From positions 4,480,001 through 4,544,000 of the forward strand of contig OZ242318.1 in the NCBI GenBank assembly GCA_965208105.1: 64,000 bases of DNA, written 5' to 3'. Below are positions 50,394 to 62,786 of the stretch, in pieces. Position 1 is the stretch's first letter, and each line of letters opens with the position of its first letter. Source of the stretch: Candidatus Latescibacterota bacterium. GTDB taxonomy: Bacteria > Latescibacterota > UBA2968 > UBA8231. Below the pieces are notes generated by a model. That model searched no databases, had not been told where the DNA came from, and worked only from the letters and a program-made list of their open reading frames with translations. A program made the translations under genes and the position numbers.

Positions 50394-51533
50394 ATGCGTA
50401 AATCTACGAAATTCGTCGCCTTGGACATACATAAAGATTCGATCACCGTCGCCCTGGCCGGTGAAGGCCGAAAAGGGCCAGACCTGTATGGAACGATACC
50501 GTCTACGGGCGCCGCGTTGTCCAAGCTGGCGGGCCAACTGGCCCGTGGTGGGACCTCGTTGCGGTTTTGCTACGAGGCCGGACCCTGCGGCTACGGCGTC
50601 TACCGTCAGCTCACAGCCCTGGGGCACGCCTGCACGGTGGTGGCGCCCTCGCTGATCCCGCGTCGGCCGGGCGACCGCATCAAGACCGACCGCCGCGATG
50701 CTGTGTCTCTGGTGCGGCTTTTCCAACACGGCGAGTTGACCCCCGTGTGGGTGCCCGACGAAGCGCAGGAGGCGATGCGCGATCTGGAGCGCTGCCGGGA
50801 AGACTTCAAGCACGCCGAGCGCCGCGTGCGCCAGCGGCTGAACAGCTTCTTGCAGCGCCACGGCCGGATCTACTCCGGGCGCAGTCGCTGGACCCAAGCC
50901 CACTTTCGCTGGCTGCAGACCCAGCGCTTCGATCATCCGGCCCAGCAGATCGTCTTTCAGGAATACGTGGACGCGGTACAGGAAGCCCAAGGTCGGATCC
51001 AGGGGTTGGACCAGGCCCTGCAGCAGGCGCTGGAGGGATGGTCTTTGGAAGGGGAGACGCGGGCTATGAGGGCGCTGCGCGGGGTAGACACGCTCACCGC
51101 GGTTACGACCCTGGCCGAGTTGGGGGACCTCACCCGCTTTGACTCGCCGCGCCAACTGATGGCCTTCGTCGGTCTGGTCCCCAGCGAGCATTCCAGCGGC
51201 TCCCGCCAAAAGCGAGGGGCGATCACCAAGGCGGGCAACGCCCACGTGCGGCGCGTGCTGGTGGAAGCCGCCTGGTGCTATCGCTTTCCCGCCCGCAAGA
51301 CGGCCGCCTTGCAACGACGCGCCGAACAGACCGCACCCCCCATACAGGCCATCGCCTGGAAGGCACAGAAACGCCTGTGTGGACGCTATCGACGGCTGAG
51401 TGGGCGAGGGATGCCGAAAAACAAAGTCTGCACCGCGATCGCGCGGGAGCTTTTGGGTTTCATCTGGGCCATCGCCTGGGAGCAGAAACGCCCCGGCCGC
51501 CTCGTGGCCAGGAGGCCTCGGATCGCCGCCTGA
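50394..51533 (+). CDS. IS110 family transposase (DEDD recombinase)
   Basis: LDIHKD, CYEAGP, IKTDRRDA, GLVPSEHSSG, AIAREL. Confidence 0.95.
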   Translation: MRKSTKFVALDIHKDSITVALAGEGRKGPDLYGTIPSTGAALSKLAGQLARGGTSLRFCYEAGPCGYGVYRQLTALGHACTVVAPSLIPRRPGDRIKTDRRDAVSLVRLFQHGELTPVWVPDEAQEAMRDLERCREDFKHAERRVRQRLNSFLQRHGRIYSGRSRWTQAHFRWLQTQRFDHPAQQIVFQEYVDAVQEAQGRIQGLDQALQQALEGWSLEGETRAMRALRGVDTLTAVTTLAELGDLTRFDSPRQLMAFVGLVPSEHSSGSRQKRGAITKAGNAHVRRVLVEAAWCYRFPARKTAALQRRAEQTAPPIQAIAWKAQKRLCGRYRRLSGRGMPKNKVCTAIARELLGFIWAIAWEQKRPGRLVARRPRIAA

Positions 51534-51604
51534 TAAGCTCATCGTCTCAGAAGCCGGCATAGGACCTTTGCTCATGTAAATCGAAACGGGACAGAAGGGA
51601 CCGG

Positions 51605-51735
51605 TCAGGAGAATCCTCGAAGACACTATGAGGCGCCTATCAGGCTGACCCTCGACTCTAGATTGAGGCCGCTCCGCGACGCACCCAGGACAGGCGGTAA
51701 CCAACCCGCGAATATCAGTCGGATCAACCGTCGCT
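51605..51735 (+). ncRNA. Putative bridge/seek RNA guide loops of the IS (transcript ends unknown)
   Basis: Two stem/internal-loop units containing GACACTA and TCTAG (match the target) and ATATCAG (matches the donor end). Confidence 0.7.
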
Positions 51736-52077
51736 ACAGCGTCCCTTCTGTTCCCGAACAAACTCATGCAAAGATAACACCCGAAACGACCACCCCGGAG
51801 GGGGTTGACAACCGTCAATACATATCAGTGTCCCGTCGCAGAAATATGTCGCCATTATTCCGCCGATCCATCCCGGCTCACGGCGTTGCCTTCACTCGCC
51901 GTACACCACTGGTACGACCCGCTCAGGCGCCTGGTGAGCCGGGCGCCTCGGCGGCCCAATTTCGTCAACCTATCTCTGCGACGGAACACTAGTTCCCCGA
52001 TGACTTTTTCATCGGGCTGCCAGGGCGCCATCCCATCGCAGCTGGCATGGCCACAGGCGCAGCGCAGCCGGGGTTGA

Positions 52078-54420
<2,343 letters not shown>

Positions 54421-54451
54421 AGCGTCCTGCATCCCGGGAGAAAGGATCGAA

Positions 54452-55444
54452 ATGGCGTCGGTCAGGCTGGGATTCATCGGCTGTGGCAGCTGTGCCCGAG
54501 GGCACATGCGGCAGGTGCTGGAGATTCCCGAGGTGGAGGTGGTGGGTCTGTGCGACGTGGATGAGCACAGTCTGAGTCAGGCCAGGGAGCAGTATGAGGC
54601 CCTCGGGGACACCCCGGGCTTCCGGGATCACCTGGAGCTTCTGGATCGGGTGGAGATGGACGCGGTGGAAATCTCCACCCCCCATACTCTGCACTTCGAC
54701 CAGATCCTGGCGGCCCTGGACAGGGGACTCCACGTTCTGACCGAAAAGCCCATGGTTTGCACCGTGGACCACGCCCGCCGGGTGATCAGCAAATCGCAAG
54801 AGGCGGGCAGGATTCTGATGATATCCTACCAGCGCCATCTTGCGCCCCAGTTCCGCTACGTGCGCAGCCAGATCATGGCGGGAGAGCTGGGAGAGATCCA
54901 GTTCGTGGCGGCACTGCAGGACCAGAAGTGGTACGAGAGCACCAGGGGAGCCTGGCGCCAGCAGTTGGCCCTCTCGGGAGGGGGCCAGTTGAACGATTCG
55001 GGCAGCCACCTTCTGGACATCGTGCTGTGGATGACCGGCCTGGAGGTGGAGGAGGTGCAGGCCTACATGGAGAATTTCGACTCGGAGGTCGATATCAATT
55101 CCGCCCTTTGCGTGCGCTTCAAGGGCGGGGCGCTGGGCAACCTGTCGGTAGTGGGGAGGGGGCCCGCAGCGGGCATATGGGAAGATATCACCATCTGGGG
55201 CAGCAAGGCCGCCGTCTACATGCGCAACGGCCACATCACCTGGAAATCGGCGCACCACTCCACGGAGAGCTTCGAGCCCGGCGGATTCCCGGCCGCCGTC
55301 AGCCCGGACCGCAACTTCATCGACGCCATTCTGGGCAGGGACGACATCCAGGTGCCTGCCATCTGCGGGCTGAGGGTCATCCAGCTCACCGAAGCGGCCT
55401 GGGAGTCGGCGCGCCGGGGAATGCCGGTCAAGGTGGCGGGTTGA
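54452..55444 (+). CDS. Gfo/Idh/MocA oxidoreductase
   Basis: GFIGCG, TEKP, GGGQLNDSGSH. Confidence 0.9.
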   Translation: MASVRLGFIGCGSCARGHMRQVLEIPEVEVVGLCDVDEHSLSQAREQYEALGDTPGFRDHLELLDRVEMDAVEISTPHTLHFDQILAALDRGLHVLTEKPMVCTVDHARRVISKSQEAGRILMISYQRHLAPQFRYVRSQIMAGELGEIQFVAALQDQKWYESTRGAWRQQLALSGGGQLNDSGSHLLDIVLWMTGLEVEEVQAYMENFDSEVDINSALCVRFKGGALGNLSVVGRGPAAGIWEDITIWGSKAAVYMRNGHITWKSAHHSTESFEPGGFPAAVSPDRNFIDAILGRDDIQVPAICGLRVIQLTEAAWESARRGMPVKVAG

Positions 55445-55531
55445 GTCGCCCGGCCGCCGCTGCCGGAAACGAAGGAGGTGTCCCGTGGTTGCCGATTCAT
55501 CCTCACACCATTCGGAAATGGAGATGGCTCA

Positions 55532-56401
55532 ATGAGCTGGAAATTCGAGCGCGTTGCCGGCCCCGTCGGGTTTGCCGAAGGGCCGGCCTGGGACGGGGAG
55601 GCGGTCCTGTTCACGGACATCCCCAACAGCCTCATCATGCGCTACGACTGCCGCAGCGGCGGGTGCAGCCAGTTCCGCGCGGGGACGAACGAGGCCAACG
55701 GGCTGATGTTCGACCGGGATGGCCGGCTCTTCGCCTGCGAGGGAGGAGGGCGCAGGGTTGTGCTCTATCAGCCCGACGGCACCTCCACCGTCATTGCCGA
55801 CCGCTTTGAGGGAAGGCGCCTCAACAGCCCCAACGACCTGGCGTTCGACGGCGCGGGAAGGCTGTGGTTCACCGACCCGCGCTACGGCGACGTAGTCGAC
55901 GACCTGGAGCTCGATCACCAGTCGGTGTTTCGCCTGGACCCGGGGTCGGGCGGCCGCTGGGAGGTCCACCGCGCGACCTTCGACACCACCAGGCCCAACG
56001 GTCTTCTGGTCTCCCCCGACCAGCGTTGGCTGTACGTTGCCCAGAGCCACTATGGTGAAAAGCTGGAGCTGCGCGCCTATCCCATCGACGCGGAGGGCGC
56101 GCTCGGACCCTGCGAGGTGCTGCACAATTTCCATCCCCATCGAGGCATCGACGGCATGTGCCTGGACACGGACGGCAACATCGTCGCCACCGCCGGGTGG
56201 GAGGAAAGCGGTCCGGGCCCCATGATCTACGTCTTTTCACCTCGGGGACGGGTACTGGCCACCCACTCCGTTCCGGCGGACAGGCCGACCAACTGCACCT
56301 TCGGGGATGCCGACCGCAAGACCCTTTACGTCACCGCCAGCGGTTGCCTGTTCCGCGCCCGTACCGAGCATACGGGATACATGATTTTTCCGCCCGGGTA
56401 A
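55532..56401 (+). CDS. SMP-30/gluconolactonase family protein
   Basis: EGPAW, NSPND, FTDP, PNGL, DGM, PTNCTFG. Confidence 0.9.
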   Translation: MSWKFERVAGPVGFAEGPAWDGEAVLFTDIPNSLIMRYDCRSGGCSQFRAGTNEANGLMFDRDGRLFACEGGGRRVVLYQPDGTSTVIADRFEGRRLNSPNDLAFDGAGRLWFTDPRYGDVVDDLELDHQSVFRLDPGSGGRWEVHRATFDTTRPNGLLVSPDQRWLYVAQSHYGEKLELRAYPIDAEGALGPCEVLHNFHPHRGIDGMCLDTDGNIVATAGWEESGPGPMIYVFSPRGRVLATHSVPADRPTNCTFGDADRKTLYVTASGCLFRARTEHTGYMIFPPG

Positions 56402-56493
56402 TTTCCCCGGAGGTCCGCAATCACCCGGGTGTCCGGGCTCGACCGCATCGGCGAAGGGACGCCCCGTCCCGGTCCCGAGGAAGGAGAGTTCCA

Positions 56494-57450
56494 ATGTTGA
56501 AGGCGGGGTTCATCGGCGCAGGAGGGCGCAGCCGCACGGCGCACTACCCCTGTGTCAAGCGCTTGCCCGAGGTCGAGATGAGTGCCGTTTGCGAGTTGGA
56601 CGAGGACCGCCTGGGGCAGATCGTGAGGGAGTACGACTTCGACCATGTTTTCACCGACCATCGCCGCATGCTCGACGAGGTGGACCTGGACGTGGTCTAC
56701 TGCGTCATGAGGGAGCACATGCTGCTGGCCCCCGCCCTGGACTGCATCAATGCGGGAAAGCACGTGTTCATCGAGAAACCGCCGGGCGCCAACAGCGCCG
56801 AGACCCAGCGCATGCTCGATGCGGCCATAGCCGGCGACGTCTACGTGATGGTGGGGTTCCAGCGCCGCTACGCCGCGGTGACGCGGGAGGCCATGCGGCT
56901 GGTCGGTTCCAAGGGGCCCGTCTCGCTGGCGACGGCAACCTTCAACAAGCGGATACTTGGCGGGGACGGCAAGGAGTTCACCACCACCCTGTGGAACGAC
57001 GTCAGTCACGTGGTGGACCTGCTGCGCTACATGGCCGGCGGAGAACCGGTGGAGGTGCATGCCTACCGCGACAGGTTCGGCGGTGAGAGCCGCAATCACT
57101 ACACCGCGCTGGTTCGCTTCGACAACGGTTCGACCGGGGCGGTCTTCGGCAACCGCGCATCCGGCGGGCGCGTTCTGCGCTCGGAGCTGCACGGAGTGGG
57201 AATCGGATGCTACATGAAGATCCCGGAGGAGATCGAGATCTACGAAGACGACGAGAGCCGGATTGTGGGCGGCTGGGAGGTGGACGGCGTCGACATGGAC
57301 GACGTTCGCCGCTACGAGGGTACCCTCACCATGCACGAGCACTTCGTCGACTGTGTCCTCAACCGCAAAACCCCGATCTCGGACCTGCGCGATGTGATCC
57401 ATTCCATCCACCTGGTCGATCGGATCGAGGGCAACAGGCAGGACCCCTGA
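56494..57450 (+). CDS. Gfo/Idh/MocA oxidoreductase
   Basis: GFIGAG, IEKPP, VGFQRRY, DVSHVVD. Confidence 0.9.
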   Translation: MLKAGFIGAGGRSRTAHYPCVKRLPEVEMSAVCELDEDRLGQIVREYDFDHVFTDHRRMLDEVDLDVVYCVMREHMLLAPALDCINAGKHVFIEKPPGANSAETQRMLDAAIAGDVYVMVGFQRRYAAVTREAMRLVGSKGPVSLATATFNKRILGGDGKEFTTTLWNDVSHVVDLLRYMAGGEPVEVHAYRDRFGGESRNHYTALVRFDNGSTGAVFGNRASGGRVLRSELHGVGIGCYMKIPEEIEIYEDDESRIVGGWEVDGVDMDDVRRYEGTLTMHEHFVDCVLNRKTPISDLRDVIHSIHLVDRIEGNRQDP

Positions 57451-57557
57451 GCGGCGGTCGGCCTCCCGTGGTTTCTCCCATGCCCGGTCTGCGGCTGCGG
57501 GGGAACTCCCGAATGGCGTTTTCGCCCGAAGGCAGGGGGGCCGCGCCAGAGGACTCC

Positions 57558-58508
57558 ATGCTACTGAAATCGGCTATCGAGGCCATCGGCGGGACCCCGC
57601 TGGTGGAGCTGGAGCGCCTGACGGCGAAGCTGGACGGCCGAATCTTGGCCAAGCTGGAGTACCTGAACCCGGGTTTTTCCAAGAAGGACCGGATTGCCCG
57701 CCAGATCGTCGAAGAGGCGGAGGCGGACGGATCGCTGCGGCGCGGGCAGACCGTGGTCGAGTTGACCAGCGGCAATACGGGAACGGGCCTGGCCATTGTT
57801 TGCGCGGTCAAGGGCTATCCGCTGGTCGCCGTCATGTCCTCGGGCAACTCGGTGGAAAGGGCGCGAATGCTGGCGGCCATGGGCGCCGAGGTCGTCCTGG
57901 TCGACCAGGCGCCCGGTTCCGTTCCCGGCCAGGTCTCGGGCGCGGATCTGGAGCTGGTCGAGCTGGAGACCCGCAGAATTGTGGCGGAGCGCAACGCCTT
58001 TCGCGCCGACCAGTTCCACCACCGCGGAAATTTCCGCGCCCACTACCTCCACACCGGGCCCGAGATTCTGGAGCAGGCAGGGTCCCAAATCGATGGGTTC
58101 TGCGATTTCGTCGGCAGCGCCGGCACTTTCGCCGGCTGCGCCGCCGCCTTCAAGGAGTACAGCCCGGCCATCAGGTGTTTCGTGGTCGAGCCCTGGGGCG
58201 CCGCGGCCCTGGCGGGAGAAAAGGTGTCCAGAGCGGAGCATCCCATTCAGGGCGGGGGCTACTCGATGGCGGAACTGGCGCTGCTGCGCAGGGAGCACGT
58301 GGATGGATTCATCCAGGTAAGCGCCGCGGAGGCGGCGGCGTCCGCCCGGGCACTGGCGCGCAAGGAGGGGATCTTCGCCGGGTTCTCGTCCGGCGCCAAT
58401 ATTTCCGCGGCGACCCGCCTGCTCCAGGGGGAGCTGCGGGGAAGGACCATCGTCGTCGCCATGAACGATTCAGGCTTGAAATACCTCAGCACGGATTTGT
58501 GGGAATGA
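57558..58508 (+). CDS. Cysteine synthase-family PLP enzyme
   Basis: IGGTPLV, KLEYLNPGFSKKDR, TSGNTG, DSGLKYLST. Confidence 0.88.
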   Translation: MLLKSAIEAIGGTPLVELERLTAKLDGRILAKLEYLNPGFSKKDRIARQIVEEAEADGSLRRGQTVVELTSGNTGTGLAIVCAVKGYPLVAVMSSGNSVERARMLAAMGAEVVLVDQAPGSVPGQVSGADLELVELETRRIVAERNAFRADQFHHRGNFRAHYLHTGPEILEQAGSQIDGFCDFVGSAGTFAGCAAAFKEYSPAIRCFVVEPWGAAALAGEKVSRAEHPIQGGGYSMAELALLRREHVDGFIQVSAAEAAASARALARKEGIFAGFSSGANISAATRLLQGELRGRTIVVAMNDSGLKYLSTDLWE

Positions 58509-58584
58509 AACAACAAGGAGAGGGCGCCGGGTTTCTGATGGCCGGCCGGAGAACAGGGCGGCGCCGCAACAGCAGGGGAAGGAC

Positions 58585-59562
58585 TTGATCGTCGTCAGCA
58601 GCATCAACGGCAAGATCGGCCTGCCGGCCGCCCTCGAGGTTCTGGAGCGAGGGGGAAGCGCATTGGACGCGGTGGAAGCGGGGACGCACCTGGTGGAGCG
58701 CAACGCGCAGGATCAGAGCGTGGGCCTTGGAGGACTCCCCAACCTGCCGGGAGAGGTTCGCCTGGACGCCGCCATCATGGATGGACGCACCCTGCGGGCA
58801 GGCGCCGTCGGCTCGGTAAGAGGCTGCGTCCACGTGATTACCCTGGCGCGCCGGGTCATGGAGGAGACGCCGCACGTATTCCTCGTGGGTGCCGGGGCCG
58901 AGCGCCTGGCGCGCGAGCTGGGAATGTCGGAGGAAGAGCTGCTGACCCCGGCCGCCCGGTCCAGGTGGCTCCGGGGACTGCAGCACCACTATCCAGGTCT
59001 CGAGGTGGACCGGTTGGACTCGCGAGGCGAGATGCTCGACATGGTGCGCAAGCTGAACCAGCCCATGGCCGGCTGGTCCCCGGAGGCGCCCCACGGTACG
59101 GTCAACTTCATCGCCCGCGACGGCAGGGGAAACCTGGCGACCGCGGTGAGCACCAGCGGATGGCCCTGGAGCTACCCCGGACGCCTGGGGGATTCCCCGG
59201 TTATCGGCGCCGGATCCTACGCCGACAACAGGTGGGGGGCGGCCGCTTCGACAGGAACCGGGGAGGTGGTGTTGCGCACCTCCGCAACCCGGAGTATCAT
59301 CCTCTATCTGAAGATGGGGATGGACCTGGCCCCGGCGGTGAAGGAGGCTCTCAGGGACCTGCGCGACCTGCGCGATCCCCACGCCGATCACATCGCGATC
59401 ATCGCCATGGACCGCCGCGGGGCCCACGTGGGCTACGCCCACCGCCCCGGGGCGCGTTACGCCTGGATGGGTCCCGGGATGGAAGAGCCCGGGGAAGGCC
59501 CCATGGCCTCGCCCGGCATGGGTGAGGAGGAAAGTCGGGCAGAGGGAGGAATGCAGCAATGA
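58585..59562 (+). CDS. Isoaspartyl peptidase / glycosylasparaginase (Ntn hydrolase)
   Basis: LDAAIMDG, HG-TV cleavage site, STSG, GRLGDSP, STGTGE. Confidence 0.88.
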   Translation: MIVVSSINGKIGLPAALEVLERGGSALDAVEAGTHLVERNAQDQSVGLGGLPNLPGEVRLDAAIMDGRTLRAGAVGSVRGCVHVITLARRVMEETPHVFLVGAGAERLARELGMSEEELLTPAARSRWLRGLQHHYPGLEVDRLDSRGEMLDMVRKLNQPMAGWSPEAPHGTVNFIARDGRGNLATAVSTSGWPWSYPGRLGDSPVIGAGSYADNRWGAAASTGTGEVVLRTSATRSIILYLKMGMDLAPAVKEALRDLRDLRDPHADHIAIIAMDRRGAHVGYAHRPGARYAWMGPGMEEPGEGPMASPGMGEEESRAEGGMQQ

Positions 59563-60563
59563 AGAGACGGGTATTGGGAAGGACGGGGGTCGAGGTGAGC
59601 GAGCTTGGACTTGGCGGAGCCTTCGTCTCCTCGAAAGGGGGTCCCTTCGAGCAGGCAAGAGACGCGGTGCGCCGCGCCCTGGACCTGGGCATCGACTTCA
59701 TCGATACGGCTCCAGGCTACAATGACAGCGAAGAGGTGCTTGGAAAATCCCTCTCCGGAGTGGAGAAACCCGTGGTGCTCTCCACCAAGCTGGGAGGCCG
59801 GCCGCAGCCCTTTCGGCCCCGCGACCCGAGGTGCCTGCGCCAGTCCGTCGAGAACAGCCTGCGCCTGCTGCGGCGCGACTACATCGACATACTCATGATC
59901 CACGAGCCGGACAGGACCGGGCAGTACGACTGGTGGACGGACTCGGAGAATTACCTCGGGCCGGTGCTGGATGTGATGGAGGAGTTCAAGGAGAAGGGGG
60001 TGGTCCGCCATACCGGAATAGGGGGAACGACCGCCTACGAAATCGAGCCCATCATGCGCACCGGCCGTTTCGACGTGGTATTGACCGCATTCAACTACAG
60101 TCTGCTTTGGCGCGAGGCCGAGCACCTTGTCATTCCCGCCGCCAGAGAGCTCGACATGGGCATCGTCGTGGGGTCGCCCCTGCAGCAGGGTGCTCTTTCC
60201 AGGCGCTACGACGCCGAGGTGAGACACGGGGCTCGATGGCTCAGCCTGCCGCGGCGGAAGCAGTACATCGCACTCTACGAATATCTCGACGAGCTCGGCA
60301 TGTCGCTCCCCGAGCTGGGACTGCGCTTCGTCATCTCCAATCCGGACGTTTCATGCGTCCTTACGGGGGCGCGCTCCTCCGCCGAGGTCGAGTCCAATGT
60401 GGCGCTGGTGGAAAAGGGGCCGCTGCCCTCGGAAGTGCTGGCGCGACTCGACGAGATCGCCGCCATGGTGCCCTTCAGACCTTTCGAGGAGGCCTTCAAT
60501 CTGCCCTTCGAGCGCGAACACCGCGGTCTCATGACGGCCGGGTCCAACGAAAAACCACGCTAA
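59559..60563 (+). CDS. Aldo/keto reductase
   Basis: LGRTG-VSELGLG, IDTAPGY, STK, SLRLLRRDYIDI. Confidence 0.92.
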   Translation: MKRRVLGRTGVEVSELGLGGAFVSSKGGPFEQARDAVRRALDLGIDFIDTAPGYNDSEEVLGKSLSGVEKPVVLSTKLGGRPQPFRPRDPRCLRQSVENSLRLLRRDYIDILMIHEPDRTGQYDWWTDSENYLGPVLDVMEEFKEKGVVRHTGIGGTTAYEIEPIMRTGRFDVVLTAFNYSLLWREAEHLVIPAARELDMGIVVGSPLQQGALSRRYDAEVRHGARWLSLPRRKQYIALYEYLDELGMSLPELGLRFVISNPDVSCVLTGARSSAEVESNVALVEKGPLPSEVLARLDEIAAMVPFRPFEEAFNLPFEREHRGLMTAGSNEKPR

Positions 60564-60575
60564 AGGAGGTAACCC

Positions 60576-61592
60576 ATGAAAATCCCCATACTCCACGGTC
60601 CCCGCGACCTGCGCCTCGAGGAACAGGAGTTGGACACCGACAACCTGAATCCACACCAGGTCTGGATAGAGACCGAGATCAGCGCCTTCAAGATCGGTAC
60701 GGACCGGGGCAACTACGAAGGGGCAGAGGACGTGCCCGGAGCGCCAACCTATCCCAGGCCCGTGGGAGACAGCAGCCTTGGTACCGTGCGGGGAATGGGC
60801 AGTGCGGTGGAAGGCCTGGCGCTGGGCGACCGCGTCTTCTCCCAGAACTGGCACCAGTCGGAGTACATCCTCGACCAGAGGGAGGCGGCGATCGTCAAGG
60901 TCCCCGAGGGAGTGCATTCGGAGGACGCCGTCTACACCGGGCTCTATACCCTGAGCGCCCATTGCTACCGCAAGGCGATGTTCATGCCCGGAGAGAACGT
61001 GGCGGTGGTGGGGCTGGGTACGCTGGGCCTGGGGGCGGTGGGACTGGGGCGGGTATTCGGGGCCCGGGTGATAGGGCTGGCCAACAGTCCGGTCCGCCTG
61101 GAGATGGGCGAGCGCATGGGGACTCACGCCGGGTTCCTTTCGGACGATCCGGACCTGGAGGCCAAGCTCGACGAGTTCACCGGCGGAGCCGGGGTCGACC
61201 TGGTGATCCTCACGGCCAACCCCTGGCCGGCCTACCGCACCGCCGTGCAGGTGGTGCGCCCCGGCGGCCGCGTCTCCATCGTCAGCCTGCCCGAGCGCGG
61301 CGAGAAGCCCCTCGACTTCAACCCGCTGTCCATGGAGTGGTTCTACATCAAGGGGATATCCCTGATCGCGGTGTCGACCCCGGGCGGGTACCTGTTTCCC
61401 TCGGCCGAGGAGGAACGCTTTACCCGCGAGCGCAACATGGCCCACACCCTCTCGCTAATGGCCGACGGAGGCCTGGAGCCCAAGCGGCTGATCACCCACC
61501 GGATGCACTACTCGGAGATGGTGCAGGCCTACGAGATGGCCTACCACCGCGAGAAGTCCATGCTGGGGGTCATATTCCAGTGGAAGGACTGA
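60576..61592 (+). CDS. MDR-family alcohol dehydrogenase-like oxidoreductase
   Basis: GPRDLRLEE, VVGLGTLG, LITHR. Confidence 0.82.
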   Translation: MKIPILHGPRDLRLEEQELDTDNLNPHQVWIETEISAFKIGTDRGNYEGAEDVPGAPTYPRPVGDSSLGTVRGMGSAVEGLALGDRVFSQNWHQSEYILDQREAAIVKVPEGVHSEDAVYTGLYTLSAHCYRKAMFMPGENVAVVGLGTLGLGAVGLGRVFGARVIGLANSPVRLEMGERMGTHAGFLSDDPDLEAKLDEFTGGAGVDLVILTANPWPAYRTAVQVVRPGGRVSIVSLPERGEKPLDFNPLSMEWFYIKGISLIAVSTPGGYLFPSAEEERFTRERNMAHTLSLMADGGLEPKRLITHRMHYSEMVQAYEMAYHREKSMLGVIFQWKD

Positions 61593-61602
61593 GCCCTTCC
61601 CT

Positions 61603-62781
61603 TCAGCCTTCTCGGTCTACCTCGTAGCGCGCCAGCGCGTCGGGGTCCAGCTCGATCCCCAGGCCGGGGCGCCGGGGCAGGGGAATCCGTCCGCCTTCCA
61701 TGGTGAGCTCGTCGGCGACCAGCTCGCGGCGCAGTGCGCTCTCGGACAGCTCGGCGGGCAGAAACTCGATGAAGGGACAGCAGGCCGTCGCGGCGCAGAG
61801 ATGGGCGCTGGCGGCGATGCCGATTCCGCTCTTCCAGCAGTGCGGCACGACGAGGCGGCCGCGGTCGGCGGCCAGGTCGCAGACCTTGCGCGCTTCGGTG
61901 AACCCCCCGACGCGTCCGACGTCGGGCTGCAGCACGTCCACCATTCCCCTGTCAGCCAGGTCCACGAACTCCCAGTGGGTGTTCTGCCATTCGCCGGCGG
62001 CGATGGGAATGGGGGAGTGGTTGTGGAGAAAGGCGTATCCGTCCAGGTCGTCGATGTCGATGGGGGTTTCGAGGAAGAATACGTCGTAGGGCTCCAGGCG
62101 CTGGAGCACGCGCAGGGCTTCCCTGGCGCCGGACCAGGAATAGGCCACGTCCACCATCATGGTGAATCCGGCGCCAACGGCCTCGCGGCAGGCGGCGACG
62201 GTCGCGACGATGTCATCGTCGCTGCCCTGAATGGCGTTGTGGGTGTAGGGCCCCTTGATGCAGACCTCCATCTTGCCCGCCTCGAAGCCGCGGGCTTTGG
62301 CCTCGGTGGCCTTGGATACCAGGCTGTCCCGGGCTTCATCCACGGAGCGCCCGGTGGGAAGCAGGCTGGCGTAGGGGGTGATGCTGTCCTTTACCGCCCC
62401 TCCGAGCAATTTGTAGACCGGAACCCCCAGCGCTTTTCCCCGAATGTCCCAAAGGGCCATGTCGATGGCCCCCAGCGCGCAGATCAGGGCTCCCCTGCGA
62501 CCGGTCATTTTCGAACCGGTGTAGAGCCGTCTCCAGACGGCCTCGGGCTGTAGAGGGTCGGCTCCGATGAGCATTTCTTCCAGGCAGAGGTCCATGCAGT
62601 GGGTGCCGGGAGAGCGGATACAGGCACGCGCCACCCACGGGTTGGTGTCGGTTTCGCCGATCCCCGTTATGCCCTCGTCTGTGTGGACCACCACGACAAG
62701 GTCGTCCTGGGCGGAACTGCAGGCGGTTGGATCCAGGTCGGGGATGGAAAGAATGTGGCAGTCGATGCGGGTGATCTTCAT
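61603..62781 (-). CDS. Mandelate racemase/muconate lactonizing enzyme family protein
   Basis: AIDMALWDIRGK, MMVD, FLETP, AGE, QPD, PGLGIE. Confidence 0.9.
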   Translation of the reverse strand: MKITRIDCHILSIPDLDPTACSSAQDDLVVVVHTDEGITGIGETDTNPWVARACIRSPGTHCMDLCLEEMLIGADPLQPEAVWRRLYTGSKMTGRRGALICALGAIDMALWDIRGKALGVPVYKLLGGAVKDSITPYASLLPTGRSVDEARDSLVSKATEAKARGFEAGKMEVCIKGPYTHNAIQGSDDDIVATVAACREAVGAGFTMMVDVAYSWSGAREALRVLQRLEPYDVFFLETPIDIDDLDGYAFLHNHSPIPIAAGEWQNTHWEFVDLADRGMVDVLQPDVGRVGGFTEARKVCDLAADRGRLVVPHCWKSGIGIAASAHLCAATACCPFIEFLPAELSESALRRELVADELTMEGGRIPLPRRPGLGIELDPDALARYEVDREG

Positions 62782-62786
62782 AAGCG

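Larger units (their letters stand above)
50281..51828 (+). mobile_element. IS110-family insertion sequence, IS1111 architecture
   Basis: 13-bp sub-terminal IR tatgtattgacgg (50285-50297) / ccgtcaatacata (51812-51824); AG core at both junctions; long 3' non-coding end. Confidence 0.9.
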
